The notes under the pieces are model-generated. The model worked only from the letters and a program-made list of their open reading frames with translations, had not been told where the DNA came from and did not search any database. A stretch of DNA of 64,000 nucleotides from contig NMRA01000788.1 in assembly GCA_002633005.1 (NCBI GenBank), positions 73,199 to 137,198 on the forward strand, in the 5' to 3' direction. Position 1 is the stretch's first letter, and each line of letters opens with the position of its first letter. The translations under genes were made by a program, and so were the position numbers. This stretch comes from Phoronis australis (lineage: Eukaryota > Animalia > Phoronida). Shown here piece by piece: positions 51,001 through 64,000 of this stretch.

Positions 51001-54000
51001 GCAGAATTAAAATATGGCAAAGCCTCATTCTAGTACTCAAAGTACTGTATTCATTAAAAAATGGAAGAAAATGTCACCTATCAGGGCTCGACGCTATTAA
51101 AATCGCCAGGTCGCATTTTGCGACCTAGCCAAAATCCCAGGTCGCATTTTCAAAATCCAGCTCGCATTCGTAAATGCCAGGTCGCAAAATTTTCTCGCCA
51201 TTTTTACGCACCAAAATAGATTTTTTAGATCATTGGGAAAATGTTTACATTATGCTCTTACCTGCAGCGTTAAATACTCACAAATTTTGGATCTCTCTGC
51301 TACTGGCTGTCATCAAAGTCGTTAACGATTCAAACTAACTCGGGTAATGGCGAGTTTGCTCCTCAATACGGGAAAAGTAGGTCAATCACAAAACGATACG
51401 AATGTCACTAGTGTTAATTTTCTTTCCGAGGTATAAAACAAAGCCGGGATTTGTTTTTACATATTGTGAAAAGACGTTTCTGAAAACTGAAGTTGTGTAA
51501 AATGAAAGTGACACACCATATAAGCTGCGTGTCAATTTTAAACCACACGCGGTCGTTTGTAGTGCGCTATGATGGGCGCTAGCTTGAACTGTGGGCGCTT
51601 AACACTTTAAAGGTAGGGAGTAGGCTTGTGCATGAGCATAGTCGTTAACCTCAGTGTTTGCGGTAATAAGATATTAAAGCGTTATAATTATACTATTTTG
51701 CGAGGCAAACTCCATCTAGTAGGGGTGGCTTTCTGGATATCGTTACCACCTACATTGTACCCTTTTAGCCACCCGGAATGATTTTGTTTTTAACTGTCCG
51801 CTTCAGCCGGAATAAGGTTGGTTCTATAGGAGTCTGAACATTTTACGGCGACGGTGGTTCGGGGAGCGAAAAGTTGCCGGGGGGTGTATAAACAGAAGAA
51901 TAAAAATTTCGCTAACTTGAACCCCAAATGTCGCATCTAGTGCCAGTTTAGTTGCAATAGCTTGCTACGGGCATAGGGTTTACAGAACATCGACCTCTGG
52001 AAACATCGGAACAGAAAACGTCAGAGGAATCTGAGTTCATTTTCAAATAAAGCAGAGCCAAGCCGGTATACTATTTCATTTAGGACTGTAGCTGTTCTTT
52101 GAAGTGGTGCGCACGCGTGAGTTCACGCACTTGAATCGCTGGAGTAGGCCTACACTTTACTCTGGCAACAACGTGTGAAAGACAAATCATATTTCGCGCG
52201 TAGCCCCAGAAACAAGTAAAGGGTTGAGAATTTCTTGGCAACTGAAAGTAAAGACGTGACCGTCATTTGGCGATTAATAAAGTTGTCATTTTCACTTTAG
52301 CTGTCTTAATACGATAAAAAGCAGCACATCTCAGTCTAAGTCACGATTGTCTGCCGCAACCGCTTGCGCGCTAACGGTGCCGCAGTGCGATATCAGGGAT
52401 ATTGTCGTGGATATTTGGTACATGTAATAAGGACATCTAATATGAAAAATAAAAATTTTTGTCCACCACAAAGTTTGGTAAGTTGATCGCTTAAGAATTA
52501 GTAGAAACACCGTTGTTTTGTGAAGTTTTATCACCTGTCAAGCAGTGGCCCGAAACTTTCTTCGGCGAATCCGGGAATTTACAAAAGGGGCCGAAAGTGT
52601 TAGCCAATGAAACGCGTCAAAGATCGATTCTGCATATCCCATGTTCACGCGACTTGCTTACAAGTCATCGGGAGGGCTGTTCTCGGTTAGTGTTCTTTTG
52701 AACTTGGATTTGGCAACAACCAAATAACGGTTGCATTAACAAGAGTTGCTTTGTATTTGCCAGGTATCTGCCAAGAAGAGTGAAAACTCAGCTCGCATTC
52801 GTTGGAAATTCCAGGTCGCATTTTGCGACTTGATACGAGCTGACAAAAATCTCAGCTCGCATTTCCAAATTTCAGGTCGCAAATGCGACCTGCAGCTCGT
52901 TATGTCGAGCCCTGCCTATGTGTCATATTGTGTCCAAAATTGGTGTGGTTTTACTGTAGTCACACGAGTCAGCATTTATAAGCCAATCTAAGCTCGTTTA
53001 AAAATTTATGTAATAGTAAGGTGAATTTATTAAAAGCCCATGACCTGAAAGAAAAGACCCCAAGGCTTTCATAGGAATGTCTACTAGTGTGTAATTCCAC
53101 CTCCAGAAGGTCACTCCATTTTTTGATAACTTAAAGGTAAATACTCTCAACATGACGTCCAAACTTCTCAGTCCAGTGACTAGACCTGCTGAACCCTATG
53201 ACCAGAGATTAAATCTTGTGGAAGAACTAAAATACATTGTGGATTGTAGTCATGAATATAACAACCAGATTCTGTAAGTTAGCAGTGTTGTCGCTTTCCT
53301 ATTTCTGACATTGTGACTCTCTTGTTCTTAGGAGTTTTGGTCAGTAGGAAAGTGTAAATCCTGGACTAAATCATTTGCAACTCCTCTCAAAGTAGGTGGA
53401 TTAAATTGCAGAATTGTGAAATTCCGCTTCCGTGGCAAAGGCTAGTCCGGATGTAACTAGCAGTTGAATGAAGAATGGAATCACCTATGCCACCTGGTGT
53501 TAAAATCAGAGAAATAGTTTCTTCAAATTAGAACAGAAAATTTTTACTTCTTCAAAAATGCTCAACTAGAGCTAACAAAAAGAATTCTTTGCTTTGTTGT
53601 GTGAAAACTTTATATAGTGTGGCTAACATCATCAACAAACAAACAATGAAATTTTGAGCATATTTGGAAATACAGTGAGCATTGGAAAATTGAAAAAATT
53701 ACATTTTTGGCCATTATTTTTGTTCGAATGTTGAGAAAACTTTATCGTACTCGGAATTAGTGGGAATGATAAGGAGAGTTGTGATGGAGTAATTGTATTA
53801 AAACACTGAAGTTTACCTTATAGGGAAGCAACTGGACATGTTGTTACTGTGACCATCCAGCAGATTGCCATTTAGCATTCCATCGTAGAAATGCTCCATT
53901 GAAACACGTGACTGATTTTTTTAATTTTCAGGATTGGATATTGTGAGCATCCTAAATACTTCCTCATCAAAGAATGGTGAACTGTGGCTTACTGAAGATT

Positions 54001-57000
54001 TTGGTCCTAACATCATTCCCATTTCATTAACTGAAGACCTTCAGCTGAATTCAACAAACTTTCTGAAGTTTTTTATCCACGCCCAGCAGAGAGATAAGAC
54101 TGCTGCATCCCTTCTCAGTATACAATCCCTTGTGGATAACAGAACATTTATACAGATAATATCTAATCTACACTACAACTTTCTAGTCGTTAAATTCTGT
54201 AGCAGCAATTGCAAAGTTGTCCACTCTGTGAAGTTCCAGCATATACTTGACCAGAATGAGCTCACCACATTCACAGTGACCATTCATAAACAAAATGTGG
54301 AGTTAGTCATAAACTGCATCAAGAGAATTGCCAAGACATTTCCCCAGCCATTTCCTTGGAATTTGTTTGACCGGGTTTCTGTACGCTTTGGATCAGACAA
54401 GTTTGGAAGAAAAAAGTTTTTGGTAAGTGTTAAAAATTGATTTTACGGTACCTAGTTGTTAGGTTTTACAAACTTGGCTCTGTTGTAACAAATGATGGAA
54501 ATTATACTATTGCCTGGGCCACCCGCGATCTAATCTTTATACTCGAAATCGAACTCGTTATTTTTGGCATTTTTGCTTATAGTTTTGTGCGAAGTCTAGG
54601 TAAAGGTTTATTATTCTGTGCCCAAGTACATTTTGGTTTACGTAAAGTACGTGGATGACTGTCTAATTCTAATTCGCATTTGATGACCCCAGGATTAAAG
54701 CTTTATGTTCAGTTAGTCTCAACTCTAAATCTCGAGTACTCGATTTTATCCCTTGGATCTAGGGATCGTGAAGTGCAAACTTGGAATAGAAACTTGTATA
54801 CGTAAACCATGATTCACTAAAAAATGGGATTATAGTCACGTATTTTGAGTTTGCACAAAAATATTGAATAGAAAATATCGAAATAGATTAGACAGCGGGT
54901 CCTTGTATAGGGAATTATGGGAATGTGAGTCTTCGAGGTACTTTGTCACTTTGGGTTCACTTGTCCATATGCTACCCAAGTTACTAGAGTTTACATATGA
55001 CTGTACTTTAAAGATGTTCATTCAAAACACTGGTTGCAATTCATCTGGCAAAGGCATCACTAGACTTAGATCATTTAGTGTAAATTACAGCACTTTATGT
55101 ATTGGTGTTTTCATAATCACCTTTATGAAAGTGAAGCTGCTAAGTGCCAGTCCCATACTTTTTATGGTCCACTACATGTAATTCAAAATTAAGCTTTGAA
55201 ATTCTGCATCAACTCATGTTTTTGGTTGAAAACAATTATTGTCAGGTGTGTGAAAAAGTACAATTTGGGAGCAACTTTTGACTAAATTGGTTTGCATTGA
55301 AATTTGTTTTATGATATTCTTCATTATAAAGAAGTGGAAAAAAGTATGTTTAACTTAGCTGTAGACATACATAATTTCCATTGAGGTGTCGCCTGCTCGC
55401 ATCAATAATTTTGACGCAGCACTGGCTTCTCTCAGTCCATAGCTCAGACAACTACACGCACTATTTACAAACAGGTCAGTTCATTAGGAAATTTATTTCG
55501 GGCTTCATTTCTACCTGTAATTATCATTCTTCACAGTAACCTCTATTTTGGCCGCACATTTCATCTGCTTTCTTCATTTAGGCAGTACTTCTAGTCAATC
55601 AGCCCATTCATTATCATGCACTTCGGGTAATTCCTTACCTATTTAGCACACAACATGGCGGACAAGAGTGAATTTTTATTTTGTCAAATTTTGAAGCAGA
55701 AGAAGAATAAACTGCATCAAAGTAATCAGTCTTCGTTAATTAGAAATACATGTACTACAATTTTGGCAATTACTGTGTGCATACGTGAAAAATTATTGCA
55801 ACTTAGTCATTTTCGAATTTTTAATTTGGCAGTTATTTAAGCACACTGTTTGAACAGTTAAAATGAGTTTTTCTGTTCTTGTTGTTGGATTCATGAACTA
55901 TTTCAGGGCAAAATTGTGGAAGCAAAACTTTCCAGTAACAAAGGTTTCCAACCATGCCTCAGCAGTAGTGAGACAGAGCACGTAGAAGGAAGTCAAACAC
56001 TCAGTAAGTATTCATTGCAGGTTAAAAGTGCTTTCAAAAATTCTTGTTTGAATTCATTTACCAGATGTTTAGGAATGTAGTTCTGATGCTTGATTATGGG
56101 TTTGGCTGTATACTATTGGTGTTTGTTGTCCCGAGTGGTGGATTACTAGAAGCGGGGGGGGGGGGGGGGGGNTCAGACTCAGCTGCTGTTAAAGGAGGCA
56201 GGTTTCTATTAGACACCCGGCCCTCTTCTGTCTTGCCCAGTGCTGTACAGCTCACTTTAAAAAACCCTTTGATATTTTCTTTGTGATGCCGTATTTTAAT
56301 GATATTTTTTGATAGTTCTGTGTTGGAATGACTGATATTATGCTCTGTGGACGCAAGAATTTTGCAAGCCAAGAAAATCCATTGTGTTCATGGGCTTTGG
56401 GTTGTAACCATTTAATGCATAATAATATCTCTTGCATCATCTTGCGTCATAGAAAAGTGAAACCTGACTAAAGTTTCGTAGAATCAAGAACTTCACTAAA
56501 GAATTTAGTATGACCATGTGCTTTGCTTGTAATATATGCCACTATCTCACGAAGTCTAGTGTTCTTGCGTTATCGTGAGATTCTCCCCTCTGCAGGTAGA
56601 GTTTTATGGACACAAAAATCTCACTGAGGAAGCTAGTGTGATCAAATGCTTTCCTTGTAATACATGTTGATATCTCATGAAGTCTTGCCTCTAGGGAATG
56701 CATGCCTGCTGTTGTTTGCAATTAATGGGTTATTCACCTGACTATTGTTTGCAATTAGTGGGTTATTCACCTGACTGTTGTTTGCAATTAGTGGGTTATT
56801 CACCTGACTGTTGTTTGCAATTAGTAGGTTATTCACCTGACTGTTGTTTGCAAGTAGTGGGTTATTCACCTGACTATTGTTTGCAATTAGTGGGTTATTC
56901 ACCTGACTGTTCTGTACAGTCACCAATTGGGCAAACTCAGGCAAGGCTCATTAAACAAAACCTTCAGTTTATGAATCTTATACTGGTGTGGAGATCTAAA

Positions 57001-58532
57001 GACTGAGGAACATTTACTGTGGAACATGACAACATTCTCAAAATCTGTTGAATACACTTTCCATAAAGAATGTAAAGAGTTATTCTTTTCTGTGCTTCAT
57101 GGTCCTAAATTTTCCTAGACCTGATAATAAGACCAGTACTTTTGCTCTCTGTATCCTGCTGGTGTTCATTTATGTACTGTCAGTTAGTATCACATTTGAA
57201 TACCGATGTGCAGCCCTTGTGGTGGTGCCTAATCTTGCTGGGATTTCATGTTTATTTGCCCAGGAGTATCAAGTGATTTTCAGGATCATGAGATTTTTTA
57301 GTTCTGTTTAGTTGAATATTTTTATAGTTTTACGTGAATTGCTTAGAGTACCTAGTGAGGACAGAGAAAACTTCATGAATATCTTGTAGAGTTCATATGA
57401 GAAATGTTCAGCCACTAGAATTTCCAACATTTTGTAAGCTTTTCACGCAAAATTAAAGGAAAGTACACAATGTCCATTTCATTGTTAACATAGTTTGTTC
57501 CCTATAGTTGTTATAAAACAGCTCTTGAATGGTAATTTTATATTATTCGTGACTTATACTTCAGCCTATTTAAAGAATTGAAAACTAGCATTTTAGACTT
57601 CTTTTGTACAGAATAACTACACTGTGTATTGTCAGTCAATATGCCATTGCTAATTTTGTTTTCAGCTGAAGAAGACCAGTTAAATGGCAAAGGCATAGTT
57701 AGTGTCGACTCTCCTCATTTGAAGCCTTTTAAGGACACCGGGGACATTAGTAATGTGATTACCGACAAACACGAGGAAGGTAGAACACTTCAAGAACAGC
57801 TTCAGTCACTGTCGGAAATGGTTACTATGCTCAAGACACAGGTGAGTCAAAATTTTTGTTACTTTACTATAATTGTACAGGGGTGGGAAACGAACCCGCA
57901 CCATAGGCCCCAGAATACTTGACTTACCAATTGAATGTCAGCTTTATAATTTTTGAAATTCTTTACTCCCTGACTTTTCAAGCACTGTTTCAGTTTTCTT
58001 TGTATTGTCTGCAGATAATTTTTGGCACATTAAATGTCTGACTCCAATCGCGCAGGCTTTTGCTAAATATTGCTGACTACAGTCTTGGAAAATACTAATT
58101 CAATTTCCACTCAATCCATTTGACTGAGTTTGATTCCAAGCTCGGGTATTTTTACTTGTGCTGTCAAATGTACTTGTGCTCTGTTTGAGTGCTTTATTTG
58201 TATTTTATTTTATTTCGTTTTAAAATATTCTTTTATGGCCATTGACAGTGTAGACATTGTGTGTGTGTCTGTAAAATCAGTTTCTTGATAAAAGTGTGGT
58301 ACTAATAAACATTAGCTGAGTTGTGTTTGCATAAATAATTATATTTTTAGGATTCAGTTTCATTTTTCTAGAAGTGCAGTGGTATTTAATATGTTTTCAG
58401 AATAGTGAGTTACACAAACGAGTGTCACGTCTTGAAATGTGCAAATGCATCTCACAATGCTCTTCCGATGGTTCCGTATTTCAAGAAGGCGAGTCTTGGA
58501 ACCGCGACCAATGCACTCTCTGTACCTGTCAG
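48003..58532 (+). CDS. 5' part of a secreted NELL/kielin(KCP)-like protein: exons 48003-48096, 53932-54422, 55907-56003, 57666-57841, 58401-58532
   Basis: Phases chain correctly (1,0,1,0). Signal-peptide-like MMVDTTRPVFIVCWWSCLFALSLEFG, then a TSPN/LamG-like domain (FFIHAQQ...LLSI...VELVINC), a coiled coil (LQEQLQSLSEMVTMLKTQNSELHKRVSRLEMCKC) and the start of a VWC domain (CSSDGSVFQEGESWNRDQCTLCTCQ). Confidence 0.85.
51082..52914. mobile_element. Non-autonomous TIR DNA transposon (CAGGG termini, 5-bp TSD)
   Basis: TIR cagggctcgac / gtcgagccctg, TSD cctat on both sides, and subterminal ccaggtcgcattt repeats at both ends. Confidence 0.88.
56709..56910. repeat. 33-bp minisatellite, about 6 copies
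   Basis: Unit ctgttgtttgcaattagtgggttattcacctga. Confidence 0.95.
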
Positions 58533-59282
58533 GTAAGGTGATTAAAACAATGTCCGGTAGACTTGGTCATGGATGAAAGAAATTTTACATTGAATTCCTT
58601 GTTTACAGTTTTATGTTTCCCACTCCTACTAGAAAACTTGGAAAATGGCAGAAATAATTTCCATGTGTGGAAACTCGTGGAACCTTAAAAAAGGATAAAC
58701 ATATGGAAAATTTCATGTGACCATAGGCAATAAAATCCATTATTTTGCTAGACAGTGATTTTGTGAGGTCATGAAAAATTGTTTCATTTTGTTTTTGTGG
58801 GAAATAACATTTTAGGAAATGTATTTTGTCAGTTTATTTTGTGACAGAAATGTGGGACAGGTAGATTGTGGTGTTTAACACAGTCAAGGCTCCATGAGTT
58901 TCATTTTCAGTCTCAGTTTACTGGTTTATCAACAAAGTGTAATCATGGATGTACTAAATTTAATAGTTGAGGATAAATTGAAATGAAAGTTGTTTCCTCT
59001 CGTGCTATTGACTGTAAACTATAACGGATTTTGGAAAGACAAAAATTAGCATTCCCAAAAATGAGGGACATAAAAATTAAAAATTTTACCTGCTGACATA
59101 GGGTATTGGGCAAGTGTAAACAAAAATATTTTAGAGATGGCCTTATGTAGTTTCCGTAGTTTATGGGCAGCACATATTATCATCATTATTTTAAGTTTGT
59201 TTTTATTTTTAACTTTTGTTTTCAATCGTCTATCTTTGTTACCCAACACATTTGAAATATTTTCACAAAATTTGCTCTTTTT

Positions 59283-61005
59283 ATGCGCCCACATATTTAT
59301 ATGTGGACGCATTATGCCGTCATCTCCGTCCGTCCGGGCGGCGTCCGGCTTCTGGCGTCCGGCGTCCGCTGCTCTATCTCCAAAACCCTTTGACATACAT
59401 TCATGAAATTTGGCACATATGTTCCATTCATGAATGGGACGGCATGTGCGAACTTTCGGACGGATCCGACTACTGNTGCGCCCACATATTTATATGTGGA
59501 CGCATTATGCCGTCATCTCCGTCCGTCCGTCCGTCCGTCCGTCCGTCCGGGCGGCGTCCGGCGTCTGGCGTCCGCTGCTCTATCTCCAAAACCCTTTGAC
59601 ATACGTTCATGAAATTTGGCACATATGTTCCATTCATGAATGGGACGGCATGTGCGAACTTTCGGACGGATCCGACTACCGGTGTGCCCCCTAGTGGCAA
59701 TTTTAGTTTTTTACGCTTACCTTTGTATCTTCAAAAGTCCTGAACGGATTTTCATGAAATTTGGTATGTAGGCACCTATTAGTGAGATGACGCTATCCTG
59801 CCGTTTTCGGATGGATTCGACATAGTTTGCGCCACCTAGTGGCCATTTTTAGTGTTTTCGAGTCTGTTTTTGTGCGTCCACCCCTCTATCAACCAAACCG
59901 CTCAAAGGATGATTGTGAAAATTGGCATGTATGTGCTTACTATGTAGAGGACGGTTGACGATGATTTTCCGACGATTTCGACTACTGTGGCGCCTCCTAG
60001 TGGCAGTTTTGTTTTTTTGCGCCTATGGCTGTATCTCCTAAACCGTTCGCAGGATCTTTACAAATTGTGTAAGTATATTTATATGATGTTAACAACGGAA
60101 GATGACGACTTTTGGTCGGATCCGACTACCGGTGTGCCCCCTAGTGGCAATTTTATTTTTTTACGCTTACCTTTGTATCTTCAAAAGTATTGAACGGATT
60201 TTCATGAAATTTGGTATGTAGGCACCTATTAGTGAGATGACGCTATCCTACTGTTTTCAGATGGATTCGACGTAGTTTGCGCCACCTAGTGGCCATTTTT
60301 ACTGTTTTCGAGTCTGTATTTTTGCGTCCACCCCTCTATCAACCAAACCGCTCAAGGGATGATTGTGAAAATTGGCGTGTATGTGCTTACTATAAGGAAG
60401 ACAGCTGACAATGATTTTCAGACGATTTGGACTACTGTGGCGCCTCCTAGTGGCAGTTTTGTTTTTTGCGCCCATGGCTGTATCTCCCAAACCGTTTGCA
60501 GGATCTTTACTAAATTTAGCAAGTGTATTAATGTGATGTTGACAACGGACGATAACGACTTTAGGATGATTCTGATTACCGGTATGCCTCTAGTGGCAAT
60601 TTTAGTATTTGCCTCTAGTGGCAATTTTAGTATTTTACATTGACCTCTGTATTTTCATAGGTCTTCAGGTGTATACTTTGTGTTACTTCATGACTGTGAA
60701 GGAAAAGTTCCAAGTAGAAATTTGTTTCTGGCATTCTAATGCTGTGCTAATCTCGTATGTTGGTAAATTTGTTTTTAATTTTTTGTTTCTGTGGTGCTTT
60801 AAGCAACTGGTGTATAGGATGTGCTTGTATTATGAAGATTACTCACATTTTGCCCGTAGCCTATTGAGGAGACAATGACCATGCCTTTCCATTTTGCAAA
60901 GTATGCCCTCTACTGGCCACTTTATGGTACCAATAAACAACCCTAGAAGGATACCGTATGCGGTGCAATTGTGGGCGCATTTCAACGCTCTGCGTTGCTC
61001 TTGTT
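59283..61005 (+). mobile_element. HINE/DINE-1-like element with about 450-bp internal tandem repeats; 5' end duplicated across an assembly N
   Basis: subTIRs atgcgcccac (59283) and gtgggcgcat (60971), (CGTC)n, repeat anchors at 59671, 60121 and 60571, 3' hairpin caacgc-tct-gcgttg, and an N at 59476. Confidence 0.85.
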
Positions 61006-61444
61006 TCTTTTGTCATAATTAGATGCTCATATGGACTGAATGGAGGAGCTCTTTAAATTCATATTTCTTATGATTATTCAGTGGCCAGCAAGAAAGGTTT
61101 GATGTTAAGGTGCAACTTTACAATTGGCTGGACATTTTATGTTTTATTGTCTCTAGTCAATACTATGCAGATTTTGAATGTGATTATTCCAAATAGTGCC
61201 AATGTTCATTAGTTTGTAATTTGTTCAGTACGATACTGGACATGAACACATCAGGTAGCTTTTAAAATATGAAGCTTAGATGCAACAATCATATGATGAA
61301 TGTAATCTTTGTAAATTCCATTTATACCAAATAGGTTTGCTCTTAAACTATGGCTGAATGGAAGTTATCCTCATTGTTTTATGTCCAGGTTCTGATAACC
61401 TGTACACTCTTTTTTGATCACTACAACACTCTTGTCCTCCACAG

Positions 61445-61591
61445 GTTACTACCAGAATCAAACTGGTCAAGTGTCGTGCCTGCCCTGTCCTGCTGGTCAA
61501 CAGTGTGACTCTTCATCATCCACTCCGGTCAACTGTTTGGCTGGCTACTACAGTGCCCAGCTGGAGATGGGCTGTATCCAGTGTCCTGCGG
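61445..61591 (+). CDS. Exon of a GCC2/GCC3 (ephrin-receptor-like) cysteine-repeat protein
   Basis: ccacag|GT TAC TAC... GCG G|gtaatc. Encodes GYYQNQTGQVSCLPCPAGQQC...CLAGYYS...CIQCPA, phase 1/1. Confidence 0.88.
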
Positions 61592-62207
61592 GTAATCAAA
61601 ATCTATTGGTATTGTATGTTTTCTGAAGTATTAACTTCAGTGGATCTGGTTCTGCCAAATTGCCATCCGAGTCACTGACGCTGGTGTCCGTTGATTTACT
61701 AGCCTGTAGAACAGATTTACACTATAGCATCCTATAGAGCAGGGAACTTTCTCTTAATAGCTCATTTTTGACTGAAGTCTAAGATTTGTCTTAGTTATCT
61801 TCCGAACTTTGAAACTTCTACATCCGGCAAGCTAGTCAGAACTAAGACAAGACGTATGTCAAAAACTCGCGTCAAATTTAAAATCTCTTTAATGAAATGC
61901 TCTTGAGACAAATTTGTCTTAACTTCGTCAGCTTTGTTGGAATGAGCCCCAGATGTACACACTGATGTCCAATATGTGTAGAGCGGATATGTGTTCCGTA
62001 GACAGGAGAACTTTGTAAACACGAGATCACGCAATTCTTTGCAAGATTTTGCCATGAATTACAAGCAAAACATGTGATCACGCTAACTTTCATTGTAACA
62101 TTCTTGTATCTGCACAACTCGACTTAGATTTTGCTTGAAAGAAGAGTTTGCTGTGCTCTTAACATCGTGAGTGAGTATGACTTGTATAACAACGTTTTTA
62201 CATTTAG

Positions 62208-62549
62208 GGACTTTTGCTGCCAGTGAGGCTACATCTAGCTGCTCTGTGTGTCCTGCTGGTTATTACTGCTCTGCATCCACTAAGACTGAATGTGGGACCA
62301 AGAAGTATAGTTTAGAGAATTCCACCTCCTGTCTCACATGTCCCGAGGGTCATGCCTGCGCTGGGCTCACCACCTCTGTCCCCACTCTCTGTCTCGCGGG
62401 CACTTACGCTGCTGCTGGTTCTGATACTTGTTCCAACTGTTCTGCGGGATACGAGTGTCCGTCCAATGGGATGAGCGCGCAACAAGGCTGTGTAAACGGA
62501 ACCTATGCGTCAACACCCGGAGCGACGGATTGTCTCCCCTGTCCAGCAG
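62208..62549 (+). CDS. Next exon of the GCC2/GCC3 cysteine-repeat protein
   Basis: atttag|GG ACT TTT... GCA G|gtattt. Repeated CxxCPAGYYC and CxxGTY motifs, 342 nt, phase 1/1. Confidence 0.9.
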
Positions 62550-62610
62550 GTATTTACAGCTGACAATTTCTTTTCACTATTTGAATGTTTTTTTTTTGGT
62601 TAAGACTTTG

Positions 62611-62718
62611 GAAGTTATAGTGAGAAATGCTGAAGTTATAGTGAGAAATGCTGAAGTTATAGTGAGAAATGCTGAAGTTATAGTGAGAAATGCTGAAGTT
62701 ATAGTGAGAAATGCTGAA
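62611..62718. repeat. 21-bp minisatellite, 5 copies
   Basis: Unit gaagttatagtgagaaatgct. Confidence 0.95.
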
Positions 62719-64000
62719 ACAGCATCACATCATGTACTGTGTGAAAATTCATTTAAGTCGATCTTATTTAAATAGGGAAAATCTCATTTAGTCCCAAACT
62801 GGAATGTAACGTTACGCAAATGTAAAATATCCAAGTATTGTACTCAAAAATGACTTGACATGAAAGTCATTCACTCTCTAAACACCTTTCTGTTTTTGTT
62901 TTGAAAAACAAATAAACGAACTTTTGTTAATTGGCAATTAAAAAAAATGTGTGTAACGGTAACGCAAATTGTGTGCGTAACGTAACGCAAAAATGCGTAA
63001 TATAACGCATGCGTGCGTCACCGTAACGCAAATATGCGTAATATCACACAAATCTGCGTCATATCACGCAAACATGCGTCATATTACACGTTTTTTTTCG
63101 TAATGTGACGCACTTTTTCGTATATTACGTATGTGTGCTGAACATGATGTAGCGATGAAATCTCGAATGCCCTTACAAAGTCTCAGCAAGAATTAGTACA
63201 CGCCGAACTATGGAGTATTTTATATCAAATGTGACAATTTGTTAGGCATTCATGAAACTGGTCAATGAGAAATTACCTGATGATATTCCTAAGTCCTCGA
63301 GAGCGTCCCGCTAAATTCGACTGGAAATGTGAATTACAGGGTATTTGAGATGTTTAGTGACCTCACGATCTGAGCAAGATTTCACTCTTAAATGGCAGTC
63401 TGTATAGAACAGTTCCGTGTTTCTTGAGCCTGGAATAACTTGTGTTCACGTTCTTTGTATTTCATATTTTGAATTTAGTTGATAGTTGTAAACTTCTTAT
63501 GAAGCAATTACATTCTCTGCAAGAGTCTAACGGGGCCTGCGTCGGTAGTTTGAAAGCAGCCGTACGGGACTCGTTTACTTTTTCATTGGGCTGAAATCTG
63601 TGACAAAACAGTTCCCATTTGCCACATGAAGCACATTAGCAACTTCATATGAAGTCGGCAATTGGTTACTAGTTTAAATTATTACTGACTTGCAGTGTTT
63701 CTAGAGAACTCCGGATAGTTTGCACTCAGCCGTTTGTGCAGATCGGTAACGCAACAATAACGAAAATACCGTAAGCTCCGATCTCCCGAAGGGTCTGAAA
63801 TCTAGCCACGCAGTTTTAAGTTTCCCGTCCGTAGGAGAGTTAGCTCAACGCAAAACCGGTATGCCGCATGTGGACAAGTTAGCTCAACGTTTATTTACTT
63901 AAAGCCGACCTTGAGAGAGTAACAGTAGTTTTTAAAGATCTCCGAACTTTGCATTCCTACAGAACGGTAATGCAACAAATCTCTCTTGCAGCTTAAATCA

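Noticed and set aside
56675-57006. Repetitive ORFs (NNSQVNNPLIA and LQLVGYSPDCC)
   Set aside because: These are by-products of a 33-bp intronic minisatellite, with no convincing splice sites.
59046-60643. Cluster of overlapping ORFs
   Set aside because: All lie within the HINE repeat and microsatellite, with no Rep/helicase or transposase motifs.
62428-62775. ORF with EVIVRNA repeats
   Set aside because: This is the translation of the 21-bp minisatellite downstream of the real donor at 62550.

Overview
This is AT-rich animal genomic DNA with spliceosomal introns, probably from a lophotrochozoan invertebrate (inferred from similarity to recalled molluscan synaptotagmin). Most ORF-track entries are noise. 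Three genic blocks lie on the + strand. (1) A complete synaptotagmin-1 gene (ATG 16303 to stop 38699, 9 coding exons per isoform, about 423 aa, long 3' UTR). (2) The 5' part of a secreted NELL/kielin-like gene (signal peptide, TSPN/LamG, coiled coil, VWC; 48003-58532). (3) Two exons of a GCC2/GCC3 (ephrin-receptor-like) cysteine-repeat protein (61445-62549), which are phase-incompatible with gene 2 and lie beyond a gap inside a repeat. The most notable signal is the splicing layer of Syt1. It has duplicated mutually exclusive C2B exons, with what looks like a two-state RNA structure: a cloverleaf hiding exon A's 5' splice site versus a long-range duplex beside exon B's branch region. It also has a candidate 3-nt microexon in C2A, a VQ tandem acceptor, and nine tandem copies of the transmembrane exon's acceptor, eight of which lead to a premature stop. 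Helentron-type (HINE/DINE-1-like) elements, TIR MITEs with TSDs and minisatellites fill the introns. All base pairings were found by eye and none was computed.
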